From contig CBDAOI010000004.1 in NCBI GenBank assembly GCA_965198005.1, positions 1,952,001 to 2,016,000 of the forward strand: a stretch of 64,000 nt of DNA, in the 5' to 3' direction. Within the stretch, counting starts at the first letter, position 1. Each line of letters opens with the position of its first letter. Source of the stretch: Spirochaetia bacterium (GTDB lineage: Bacteria > Spirochaetota > Spirochaetia > SZUA-6 > Bin103). Both the position numbers and the translations under genes were made by a program. The notes under the pieces are model-generated. The model did not search any database. It was given only the letters and a program-made list of their open reading frames with translations, and had not been told where the DNA came from. Below are positions 48,630 through 58,341 of the stretch, piece after piece.

Positions 48630-49745
48630 GGCGCTGTTGACAGGGTGGCCGCGCTCGCAAGAGAGTGCACCGTTAGGGGTTCGGCGAATGCAGATGATGC
48701 GCCCCGACGACCGCCAGCGCGGTGGCCGGTGATGTTCGGTGACGTCCGAGTCGTTGACAGGGTGGTCGCCTCCATAGCAAGCTTGCCTCGCCTGGGGTGG
48801 GGTTCGACGGATCGATGATGACGCGCCATGACGACAGTCAGGACAGTGGCCGGTTGGTCGGTGACGTGCGAGTCGTTGACAGGATGGCCGCGTCCATAGC
48901 AACCTTGCCTCGCCTGAGGTGGGGTTCGACGGATCGATGATGACGCGCCATGACGACAGTCAGGACAGTGGCCGGTTGGTCGGTGACGTCCGAGTCGTTG
49001 ACAGGATGGCCGCGTCCATAGCAAGCTTGCCTCGCCTGAGGTGGGGTTCGACGGATCGATGATGAAGCGCCATGATGACGCGCCAGGATGGCGTAAGCGT
49101 AGTGACCGGTGGCCGGTGATGTTCGGTGACGTGCGAGTCGTTGACAGGCTGGTCGCGTCCATAGCAAGCTTGCCTCGCCTCGGCTTCGACGGATCGATGA
49201 TGACGCGCCATGATGACGCGCCAGGATGGCGTAAGCGCAGTGACCGGTTGGCGGTGACGTTCGGTGACCGCCGAGTGGTTGAAAGGGTCGTCGCGCCCAC
49301 GCTATCATGCCTGGCCTGGGGCGACGGATGCCGATGAAGCGCCATGATGACGTGCCAGGATGGCGTTGGCGCAGTGACGGGTTGCCGGTGACCTTCGCTC
49401 ACCCCGGTGACCCCCACGAGTCGTTGACGGCGCGCCGCGCCTATGCTAGCTTGCCTCGCTTGGGGTCCGACGGATGGTCATGAAGCGCCATGATGACGCG
49501 CCAGGATGGCGACAGCGCAGTGACCGGTTGCCGGTGACGCCGCGCGATGAGCGCGTTGGGTCGCTGTTGACACGGATTTGGGCGGCGGCGTACAATCTTC
49601 GGCGAATGGGCACCGACAGCATCCAGCCCAGTCGCCGGCCAGCGGTGACGAAGCGCGATGAGCGGGTTGGGTCGCGCTTGACACGGATTTGGGCCGGCCT
49701 CTACACTCGTCCGCGAATGGGCACCGACAGCATCCAGCCCAGCCG
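48630..49745 (+). repeat. Array of 9 diverged units (111-145 bp spacing), each starting with a TTGAC(A)-like box
   Basis: TTGACA/TTGAAA/TTGACG at 48637, 48754, 48876, 48998, 49141, 49279, 49424, 49567 and 49678. Confidence 0.88.
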
Positions 49746-49947
49746 CCGACTACCGACTACCGACTACCGACTACCTAACCGCGCGACAGCCAGCCGCTCG
49801 GCGCCGGTGCTGACCGCGGCACCATCGATCCGCGCGGCACACAGCCGTGCGTGTGGCGGCGGACCGCGTCGGCCGCAACCTCCACCAGTCTACATCAACC
49901 GGCGTTGCCGGGACTTCAGAAGAGAGGGGCACATCTGCGCCCGACCG

Positions 49948-50139
49948 AGGGGGTGCAAAATGATACTCAAAGAGCCGCACGCGCGCGCGGCGTGAGCCGG
50001 GGTGAACCCGTTGAGTCACACGCCGCGCGCTCTTAGTGAATTTGACTCAGACTGGCCGTCTGCGTTGCGGGCATGAGAGTAGCCAGGGAGCGGCAAGTCG
50101 CTCCGCAATACTCTCGAAAATCAAGATCCGGAGTTACGC
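49948..50139 (+). promoter_or_regulatory. Conserved structured leader, copy 3, with uORF MILKEPHARAA (49960-49995)
   Basis: GAGGGGG RBS; same hairpins, with one small hairpin missing. Confidence 0.7.
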
Positions 50140-51939
50140 ATGAACTTTGTAAAAATTAGAATGACCTTCGCGTTTGCGTTGGTCCTCGTAATGACCGCAA
50201 CCGGCCTCTGGGCCGCTGGCGCAGAAGAGGCGCCGGCAGCCGCCGCCGACAAGAAGTACGTGACCGACCCCACCACCGGGAAGGTGGTGACCGCGCCAGA
50301 GTACGGCGGGATAATCACCTTTGCCAGGCGGGGTGACCCTCCGCATTGTGACTCCTTTTTCTCGCACGCGCCGGGAGTGGTCACTAGTGGCGTTGCCGAG
50401 AAGCTAGTCCACGGGAACTGGGGAATAGATAGGGACGAACGCGACTTTCGGACTGGCTTCAATCCTCCATCTGCCATGATAGGACAACTGGCTGAAAGCT
50501 GGGAACAACCCAACGACACAACTTATATCTTCAACATCCGCCAGGGCGTTCACTGGCATGATAAGCCCCCGATGAACGGTCGGGAGTTAACTGCCAAGGA
50601 TATAGAATATAACTATCAGCGTTATACTGGTCTAGGCAGCGGCTTCACCGAACCTAGCCCCTATATTGGGGATTTGCTCACCCGTGAGCCATGGGAATCG
50701 ATAACCGCTACCGACAAATGGACGGTTGTTTTTAAGCTGAAGAGGCCATCAGCCACTGCGCTGCATACTATCTTCGATAGCGCGTACAATTTTATATACC
50801 CCCCCGAGGTAATCGAGCAATACGGTGACTTAAAGGATTGTAAGAACCTGGTCGGCACCGGGCCCTTTATGCTAACTGAGTTGGTCGAGGGCAGCTCTGC
50901 GACCTGGATGAAGAATACTGACTACTGGGGCTACGACGAAAAGTACCCAGAGAACCGCCTGCCCTACGTTGACGAGTTAAGGGGCCTGATTATGCCAGAA
51001 GACCCAACACGTCTGGCGGCACTGCGCACGGGTAAGATTGATTACCTAGGTCACCTCGGCACCTCTCAAATATTTACTATCGACGAGGCAGAGAGCCTCC
51101 GGCTGACCAACCCTGAAATCGAACTGCATACGTTTGTCTTGCGGTCAGAAAACTCTTTTGTTGCTGGCATACGCCCCGACAACCCGCCCATTAACGACCT
51201 CAAGGTACGCATAGCAATGCAGAAGGCGTTGGACCTTGAGACAATTAACAATACCTACTTTAGGGGTTGGGCAGACTGGAAACCTATGGGGATTAATGGC
51301 ACTGGTTTAAAGGGGTATCACATCCCATTTGACGAGTGGCCCGAAGAGCTCAAGCGAGAATATACCTATGACCAGGAAGGGGCCGAAGCGCTCCTTGATG
51401 AGGCCGGGTATCCGCGCGGCGCCGACGGCATTAGATTCAAGACCGTCTTGAACCACCTCGATCGGTGGGATTTAGGCTTTAGAGAATTGGTTGCCTCCTA
51501 CTGGGCTGAGATTGGCGTTGATATTGAGATTAGGGAGATGGACGGAACCAAAATTGGCGCTATGATACGCGAACATACTTATGAAGGTATCGCCGATGGA
51601 ACTCCGGGCTACGAGGAGGGACCTCTGAAGCAGGTAGCCTGGTTTACCTCGGACTCATCATGGAACCCCCCTAATGTCAGTGACCCGGTTTATGACGCCA
51701 TGATTGAAGCCGCCGAAGCTGCTACCGGTGAGGAGCAGAAGAGGCTGATTACAGAGGCAGATATGTACGTTATAAAAAACCACTGGTTTATATGGGGTGG
51801 TAGAGCTCCACAGTTTAGCGCGAACCAGCCGTGGCTCATAGGTCATAACGGTGAAATGGCACTAGGAACCATGGACTTTATTGGCCCCTTCGCCCGCTTC
51901 TGGATTGATTCCGAGCTGAAGGAAGCAATGGGTCATTAG
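50140..51939 (+). CDS. ABC substrate-binding protein, family 5
   Basis: WAAGAEEAPAAAADKKYVTDPTTGKVVTAPEYGG, LAESW, VGTGPF, LDEAGYP. Confidence 0.92.
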   Translation: MNFVKIRMTFAFALVLVMTATGLWAAGAEEAPAAAADKKYVTDPTTGKVVTAPEYGGIITFARRGDPPHCDSFFSHAPGVVTSGVAEKLVHGNWGIDRDERDFRTGFNPPSAMIGQLAESWEQPNDTTYIFNIRQGVHWHDKPPMNGRELTAKDIEYNYQRYTGLGSGFTEPSPYIGDLLTREPWESITATDKWTVVFKLKRPSATALHTIFDSAYNFIYPPEVIEQYGDLKDCKNLVGTGPFMLTELVEGSSATWMKNTDYWGYDEKYPENRLPYVDELRGLIMPEDPTRLAALRTGKIDYLGHLGTSQIFTIDEAESLRLTNPEIELHTFVLRSENSFVAGIRPDNPPINDLKVRIAMQKALDLETINNTYFRGWADWKPMGINGTGLKGYHIPFDEWPEELKREYTYDQEGAEALLDEAGYPRGADGIRFKTVLNHLDRWDLGFRELVASYWAEIGVDIEIREMDGTKIGAMIREHTYEGIADGTPGYEEGPLKQVAWFTSDSSWNPPNVSDPVYDAMIEAAEAATGEEQKRLITEADMYVIKNHWFIWGGRAPQFSANQPWLIGHNGEMALGTMDFIGPFARFWIDSELKEAMGH

Positions 51940-51962
51940 AGGCTTCATCCCCTTTTTTTTGC

Positions 51963-52016
51963 GAGCTGGGGAGCCGCCTCCGAGCGCACTATTGAGCGGC
52001 TTCTCGGCTCCTTTTT
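51963..52016 (+). terminator. Probable intrinsic terminator after SBP 3
   Basis: GAGCTGGGGAGCCGC...GCGGCTTCTCGGCTC followed by CTTTTT. Confidence 0.5.
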
Positions 52017-52065
52017 CCGCTTGTCTAGGAGAAGAAGGACCAAGGCGAATTGGGAGAACTTATAA

Positions 52066-52347
52066 GTGATACCTATGGTCAAATAGAATCAATCGATCTA
52101 AAATCGGTGGTGCTGGATCCTCGCAATCCTTGAAGAGATCCTAGAGGAATCTCCCACGGCAGCAATAAAGGTGCTATGGGAATCGGAGGATCAATCTTGT
52201 ACTAGCGCTCTTTGGTCATGTACTGTCGGAAGATGGGAAATTGATTGGAAAAGGGATGAAATGATGTACATAATCGAGGGTGAATCGGAACTCGCAGATC
52301 AGTTCGGACACTCTCAAGCATTTGCGGCGGGTGATTTTTCATGTTAG
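52066..52347 (+). pseudogene. Cupin (DUF861-like) remnant, AT-rich
   Basis: Manual translation ...SALWSCTVGRWEIDWKRDEMMYIIEGESELADQFG..FAAGD with stops upstream. Confidence 0.6.
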
Positions 52348-52436
52348 CAGGAGGCTAAGACGATGTGGAATGTAGAACGGCCTCTTCTGAAGATCTTTTA
52401 ATTTTCGCCGATGAATCCCGAAAGGTTCTGGCTGCC

Positions 52437-53402
52437 ATGAGAGCCTACGTCATCAGGCGGCTCTTACTACTCCTCCCCACACTGTTTATCATGTCCGTCC
52501 TGGTCTTTCTGTTGGTCCGCTTGATCCCCGGCGATGTAATAGACGCTATGGTGGGTGAAATTGTGTTCTATGGTAGAGGTGATACAGCAGTAGACCGTGA
52601 AGCTCTTGAGCGCATGCTTGGATTAGACGTACCTGGCTACGTGCAGTATGGACGTTGGATAGGAGATATTATTCTGCATGGCACCCTTGGCGACTCACTG
52701 ATTGGCGGTTGGAGAGTGGAGGAGAGGATACTAGGTAGACTGCCGGTAACTATTGAGCTTGGCCTCATGTCGATCGTCATTGGGCTGGTGATAGCACTGC
52801 CGGTCGGCATCTACTCGGCGATTCGCCAGGATACGGCCCCCGATTTCCTGGGGCGCTCCGTCGCCATCATCGGCCTGGCAACGCCGAACTTCTGGCTGGG
52901 GATCATGGTCATGCTATACCCGGCAGTGTGGTGGGGCTGGTCGCCACCGATGGAACTGATTCGGTTCACGGAAGACCCGCTGGGCAGTCTCGGAGTGTTC
53001 ATCATCCCGAGCCTGATTCTGGGTACCTACCTGTCTGCAGCCACCATGCGGATAACGCGGACGATGATGCTAGAGGTGCTGCGGCAGGATTACATCCGGA
53101 CGGCCTGGTCGAAGGGTCTCAAGGAGAGGGTGGTTGTGGTACGGCACGCTGTCAAGAATGCCCTCATCCCGATCGTTACCCTGGTGGGCCTGCAGTTTCC
53201 TATCCTGGTGGGTGGCTCGGTCATCATGGAGAACATATTCAACCTACCGGGGGTGGGTCGTCTCATGGTGGCCGCGCTCACCGACAGAGACTACCCGGTG
53301 GTCTCCGGAGTAAACCTGTTCTTCGGCACGGCGGTCGTGGGGGCCAATCTCATGATCGATCTGGTTTACGGCTACCTGGATCCGCGGGTCCGTTACCAAT
53401 AG
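52437..53402 (+). CDS. ABC permease, OppB/DppB type
   Basis: MRAYVIRR, PGD, TPNFW, QDYIRTAWSKGL, LDPRVR. Confidence 0.92.
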   Translation: MRAYVIRRLLLLLPTLFIMSVLVFLLVRLIPGDVIDAMVGEIVFYGRGDTAVDREALERMLGLDVPGYVQYGRWIGDIILHGTLGDSLIGGWRVEERILGRLPVTIELGLMSIVIGLVIALPVGIYSAIRQDTAPDFLGRSVAIIGLATPNFWLGIMVMLYPAVWWGWSPPMELIRFTEDPLGSLGVFIIPSLILGTYLSAATMRITRTMMLEVLRQDYIRTAWSKGLKERVVVVRHAVKNALIPIVTLVGLQFPILVGGSVIMENIFNLPGVGRLMVAALTDRDYPVVSGVNLFFGTAVVGANLMIDLVYGYLDPRVRYQ

Positions 53403-53413
53403 CACGCGCGGGA

Positions 53414-54289
53414 ATGGCTGCTTTCCTTGTCAGGCTGTGGCGAGAGAAATCACTCGGTGCTATCAGCGGGATCATCATCCTGATATTGATTCTCGTGGCT
53501 ATCTTTGCCGATGCTGTGGCCCCGTATGAGTATCTCGAGATACACTTGGCAGACCGGCTGACCGGCTCATCAGCCGCGTATCCGCTGGGTACCGACCACT
53601 TGGGACGAGACCTGTTGAGCCGCATCATCTACGGGGCGCGGCTGTCGTTGATCGTCGGTCTGTCGGCGACTGCAGTGAATGTCGTGGTCGCCGTGCTGAT
53701 CGGCGGCACGTCAGGATTCTTCGGCGGACGACTCGATCTTGTCGTGCAGAGATTCGTCGATGGCTGGATGGCCATCCCGGGACTGCTGCTGTTGTTGACG
53801 ATCATGTCCATCGTAGGGAAGGGGATGCCACAGCTGATACTGGTCCTGGGGATATCAGGAGGCATCGGCGGCTCGAGATTGATCAGAGGCGCCGTGATAG
53901 ACATCAAGGAGAATGCCTATTTCCAGGCGGTCGAGGTGATTGGCGCCTCGAAGTGGCGGACATTCATCGGCCATGTCCTGCCCAACATCATGCCGGTCGT
54001 GATCATCGTCTTCAGCATCAACGTCGGCGGGGTGATCATCAGTGAGGCTTCGCTGAGCTTCCTCGGCTTCGGTCTGCCCCCCGACGTTCCCAGCTGGGGA
54101 GCGATGCTCAGCCGCGAAGGGCGTCAGTACATGCAGCAGGGGCCATGGCTGGCTCTCTGGCCCGGTCTCTGCCTGACGATTGTCGTCTACAGTCTGAACA
54201 TGTTCGGCGACGCGGTGCGTGACCTGCTTGACCCGCGGCTGAGGGGTGGCGGGGGACGCCTGGGAGCCGATGCCGCCAGGTCGGTCTAA
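53414..54289 (+). CDS. ABC permease, OppC/DppC type
   Basis: LGTDHLGRD, HVLPN, SFLGFG, GDAVRDLLDPR. Confidence 0.92.
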   Translation: MAAFLVRLWREKSLGAISGIIILILILVAIFADAVAPYEYLEIHLADRLTGSSAAYPLGTDHLGRDLLSRIIYGARLSLIVGLSATAVNVVVAVLIGGTSGFFGGRLDLVVQRFVDGWMAIPGLLLLLTIMSIVGKGMPQLILVLGISGGIGGSRLIRGAVIDIKENAYFQAVEVIGASKWRTFIGHVLPNIMPVVIIVFSINVGGVIISEASLSFLGFGLPPDVPSWGAMLSREGRQYMQQGPWLALWPGLCLTIVVYSLNMFGDAVRDLLDPRLRGGGGRLGADAARSV

Positions 54290-54713
54290 GAGAGCGCGCC
54301 TGCGGCCGCGCGCGCGGGTGCCCGTCCACCCCACTCAGCAGGCAACCTTCGGGGTGTCACGCCGGATGCTCGGTGACGTCCACCCGTAGCGCCCTCCCTG
54401 CGCCACGGGTGGCATGTAGCTCCCGGCCCGCGACAGGGGCGTCGTGGGCTGGGAGCCTGGTGGCTATTCTCGATCCCCTGCGCGAGTCAGAGCTGCACCG
54501 GCTGTTTACAATACCTTCGCTATTCGGTAGTAACATCCGCGTCCTACTCCGGAGGCGCGCCCGGAACGCGCCCGACCAGGTCAACCAGCGCCGGGCTGTG
54601 TATGGGCGTGTTCGGCCGGTCAGTCCGAAGCAGCGTAAGCGTCCGGTGGCCCCCACCTACCGCGGCTGAGAATGGAGGGTTCATAGTCTCTCGACCGAAG
54701 ATAGGAGGGGCGA

Positions 54714-55034
54714 ATGAGACTGGGACGAGAGCACTGGATAGGGCAGGTGGAGGCGTGGCGCAGCAGCGGTCTGAGCCAGGCGGAATACTGCAAGCGCCAC
54801 CAGGTGGTGTACAACACGATGAACGGGTGGGCGCGCCGGCTGGCGGCCGAGCGAGAGGACGCCGATCGACCGCTGGTGGAGCTGAAGGCGTCACCGACCA
54901 TGACCGCCAGCGACCTGGAGCATCGCCCGGCGATCGAGCTGGTGGTGGCGGGCCGGTATCTGCTGCGGCTGTGGCCCGGGACGCGGTGCGAGCAGCTGCG
55001 TGAAGTGATCACCGTCCTGGAGGAGCGGCAGTGA
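54714..55034 (+). CDS. tnpA: IS66 accessory protein
   Basis: W...VEAWRSSGLSQAEYC..H.V....W. Confidence 0.85.
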   Translation: MRLGREHWIGQVEAWRSSGLSQAEYCKRHQVVYNTMNGWARRLAAEREDADRPLVELKASPTMTASDLEHRPAIELVVAGRYLLRLWPGTRCEQLREVITVLEERQ

Positions 55035-55384
55035 TCGGGCTGGATCTGGGCGAGGCGCGGATCTTCGTGCGCCCTGGGGCCACCGACATGCGCAAGCAGA
55101 TCAACGGACTGGCGCTGATCGTGCAGGAGCAGATGCAGATGAGCCCGTTTGATCCGACGCTGTTCGTGTTCTGCAACGCACAGCAGCGGATTCTCAAGGC
55201 GCTGTACTGGGACCGCACCGGGTTCTGTCTGTGGATGAAGCGGTTGGAGAAACATCGGTTTCCCTGGCCGCGCAACGCCGCCGAGGCGCGCCAGCAGATC
55301 GACGAGAGCCAGCTGCGGCTGCTGCTGAGCGGCGTGAATTTCTGGAGCCGGCACGAGGAACTCTTCTATACAAAGGTGGGCTAA
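55031..55384 (+). CDS. tnpB: IS66 accessory protein
   Basis: TDMRKQINGL, LFVFCN, KALYWD.TGF.L..KRLEK.RF.WP. Confidence 0.92.
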   Translation: MIGLDLGEARIFVRPGATDMRKQINGLALIVQEQMQMSPFDPTLFVFCNAQQRILKALYWDRTGFCLWMKRLEKHRFPWPRNAAEARQQIDESQLRLLLSGVNFWSRHEELFYTKVG

Positions 55385-55436
55385 ACCCCTGGGCTAACCA
55401 TTGCCTGCCCGACATTGTCCGTGCTAGTTTTGGTTC

Positions 55437-57020
55437 GTGGCCGACAGCCTGACCCTCACCAGAGAGAACCAGAAGCTGCGGTCCGAGAACCAGGAGCTAA
55501 CCGTCCAGACCAACGAGCTGACCATCGAGGTTAGACAGCTGGCCATTAAGCTGGAGGTCGTCAACGACGAGCTGGCCAAGATCAAGAGCCGATTCTTCGG
55601 CCGTGCCAGCGAGAAGCTGAGCGTCGAGGAACGGCAGCAGATGCGGCTGTTCGACGAGGCGGAACAGGCCGCCGCCGAGAATCAGGAGCAGCCAGCCCCG
55701 ACCGAGGCGGCCACCGAGGTGCCGACGCACACCCGCCGCAAGCCGGTACGTCGGCCACTGCCGGAGTCACTTCCTCGCGAAGAGGTGGTGGTGGACATCA
55801 GCGACCAGGACAAGCACTGCAAGTGCGGTCACCAGATGGTACGCATCGGCCAGGAGGTCTCCGAGCGCCTCGACGTGATCATGCCGAAGGTGAAGGTGAT
55901 TCGCACGGTGCGGCCCAAATACGCCTGCCATCACTGCGAAGGCTCCGGGGACGAAGATCGACCTGCGGTGCGCATCGCGCCGGTGCCCAAGACGCTGATC
56001 CCGAAGGGCATCGCCACAGCCGGGCTGCTGGCCTTCATCGTCACCGCCAAGTTCTGCGACGCGTTGCCGCTCTACCGGCAGCAGAGTCAGTTTGCCCGCA
56101 TCGATGTGGATCTGCCACGCAGCACCATGGCCGACTGGATGCTGACTACCGCTGTCGCGTGCGAGCCGGTGATGAAAGAGATGCAGCGCAAACTGCGTTC
56201 AGGCCCGGTGCTGCAGGTGGACGAGACCAGGATCCAGGTGATGAAAGAAGAGGACCGAGCCAACACCACCCAGAGTTACATGTGGGTGGCCCGCGGTGGT
56301 CCGCCCGGCGAGCCGGTGCTGATCTATCACTATGCCCCCAGTCGTGGCGCGCCGGTGGCCGAACAGATGATCGGCGACTACGAAGGGTTTGTGCAGACCG
56401 ACGGCTACGAGGCCTACGATCGCAGATGCGCAGGCGATGGCATCGCCCATGTGGGTTGCTGGGCGCACGGCCGGCGCGGGTTCACCGACGCCAAGGAAGC
56501 TGCCACCAAGACCGCCAAGAAGGCGGGCGCCGCCGAGCAGGCGCTGGCGTTCATCGCCAAGCTGTATGGGGTTGAGTCACAACGCGACAGCTATGCCAGC
56601 CTCGATGAGTTCAACCAGGCCAGGCGAGCCCAGGTGGAGCCGATCCTCGAGAAACTGCGGACCTGGCTCCATGCCAAGAGCGACCAGGTTCTGCCTGGTT
56701 CAACGCTCGGCAAGGCGGTCGCCTACATGCTCGGGCAGTGGCCCAAGCTGACCCGCTACCTGGACTCCCCCCACCTCACTCCCGACACCAACGCCGTCGA
56801 GCAAGCCATCCGACCGTTCGTGCTGGGTCGCAAGAACTGGCTGTTCTCCGGCAGCCCACGCGGCGCGGCCGCCAGCGCCACTCTCTACAGCCTCATCGAG
56901 ACCGCCAAGGCCAACCGCCTCGAGCCCTACCACTACCTACGCGAACTCTTCGAGAAGCTGCCGCTGGCCAAGACTCCCGCCGACTACCGAGCTCTCATCC
57001 CCAAACGACGGGTCTACTAA
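55437..57020 (+). CDS. tnpC: IS66 transposase
   Basis: FGRASEK, zinc ribbon, LPLYRQ, VDET, QTDGY.AY, CWAH.RR, DTN..E..IRP..GRKNWLF. Confidence 0.95.
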   Translation: MADSLTLTRENQKLRSENQELTVQTNELTIEVRQLAIKLEVVNDELAKIKSRFFGRASEKLSVEERQQMRLFDEAEQAAAENQEQPAPTEAATEVPTHTRRKPVRRPLPESLPREEVVVDISDQDKHCKCGHQMVRIGQEVSERLDVIMPKVKVIRTVRPKYACHHCEGSGDEDRPAVRIAPVPKTLIPKGIATAGLLAFIVTAKFCDALPLYRQQSQFARIDVDLPRSTMADWMLTTAVACEPVMKEMQRKLRSGPVLQVDETRIQVMKEEDRANTTQSYMWVARGGPPGEPVLIYHYAPSRGAPVAEQMIGDYEGFVQTDGYEAYDRRCAGDGIAHVGCWAHGRRGFTDAKEAATKTAKKAGAAEQALAFIAKLYGVESQRDSYASLDEFNQARRAQVEPILEKLRTWLHAKSDQVLPGSTLGKAVAYMLGQWPKLTRYLDSPHLTPDTNAVEQAIRPFVLGRKNWLFSGSPRGAAASATLYSLIETAKANRLEPYHYLRELFEKLPLAKTPADYRALIPKRRVY

Positions 57021-57519
57021 CCGTTTTCCACCGCTCCTTGCCGCCCACACCGGCGGTGCGGTTCCCCGGACGCTTACGAAGCAGCGCCTGGCATCATGTT
57101 GTTGGCGCATCATCGGGCACCGCAGACCGAGTCGGGGAAGTGTACAGGTAACTCATCACACGACTGACGCGTCGTCCGTTCGTGGGCCCCGTCCATGGGG
57201 CCCACCATAGGCGTTCCCGCGCCATGGAGGGCGCGGGCGATTGCGCGCGTCCGGAGTCACCACCCATCACGCTCACCAGCGACGGGTCATGGAACCCGCT
57301 GACCGAACCGGTCAGTCTGAATGCGCATTCCGGTGAACCTTTCCAGTGAATCCGGTGGAACGTTACCACCGCCGACGCGTGAGGCGTCATCTCGATGCTG
57401 GTTAGAAGTGGTAAGTTTGGTCCTCCCCCGGAGGGTAGGTCAAGGTGTATTCGGGTGATTGTCAGAGCACTGCTCCCTCTTAAAAACAGGTGGCGGTAAA
57501 AGGGGGTGGGGGTCCGGGG

Positions 57520-58341
57520 GAGCGCAGCGAGGCTAGCTGCTGAACTTGCGGGTGTAAGTCCCGCCGGCGCAAATCCCAGTGTGGCGCCGTAGTTATATCC
57601 GGCAGTCGACAGGGGCGACTCTGACGGCTGAAAGCCCGGAAGTAAACGTACTCAGGGGAGGGCGTGAGCCCGACCGACCAATGGCCTAGGAGGAGGCTAA
57701 CAACCAGAAGGGCCGTAGCGAGAGCGAACGGACTAATCGCCGAAAACCTCCCCAGCGGGAAGTTGGTTGCTGGATCTCGGAGTGCCAAGGGTTTCCTCCT
57801 CCTACCCGATGGCCAGTGCTGCTGCGGAAGAAACTGGGAAGTGCACGCGGTAGGCTCCCGGCGGAAGTTGAAGGCGGCAATTCTGGATAGTTCAGCAGTG
57901 AAAGCCCGGAAGGTGTGCTGCTCAGGCAGGATGATCCTCGAATGCCAAGGACCGGACCTATAACCGCTGGATGGCGGGAAGTGGAACGGAGAGCAGCAGA
58001 CTGGCGGATGAGGCCACCAAGCGACGATGGCCGCGACAACATAACGCGGCTGGAGCGAGGGCCTCAGGGCTCAGGAGGAGCCAGTGGAAATGCACCGCCC
58101 GGACACTGAGCCGGGGAACGGTGGATACAGCCGTTGGCTCGAAGCGATGGTCAAACCGGGGACAGCGCCCACGTAGCCAAGGATCAGGCTGAGCGTGGTT
58201 GCTATCGTACCGGGAAGGGCCGCCGTGAGCTTGCGGGCACCTGAGCTTCGAGCCGTACTGTGGGAAAACCCGACGTACGGAATCTCAGGGGGGGCGCTGG
58301 AAACGTGGCCTACGGGCGCGCGCGCCAGCGCTCTACCCGAC
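57520..58341 (+). ncRNA. ORF-less group II intron (~820 nt)
   Basis: 5' GAGCGCAGCGAGGC...GCGGGTGTAAGTCCCGC; DIII-like GGCGGATGAGGCC...GGAGCGAGGGCCTC; DV GAGCCGTAC..GGGAAAACC..GTACGG; DVI GGGGGGCGCTGG...CCAGCGCTCT(A)CCC then terminal AC; no RT ORF. Confidence 0.82.

Larger units (their letters stand above)
54635..57077 (+). mobile_element. Complete IS66-family element with 8-bp target duplication
   Basis: Ends GTAAGCGTCCGG / CCGGACGCTTAC; GAAGCAGC at 54627-54634 and 57078-57085; three-gene layout. Confidence 0.95.
54374..57321 (-). repeat. Outer repeat arm of cassette 3, split by IS66 (54374-54634 and 57078-57321); also a direct repeat of 41685-42123
   Basis: Continuous alignment to 41685-42123 once IS66 is removed. 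Confidence 0.8.

Noticed and set aside
48630-49745. CRISPR array interpretation of the tandem units (also 40838-41625)
   Set aside because: Whole units are homologous with no unique spacers, the period is 111-145 bp and there are no cas genes
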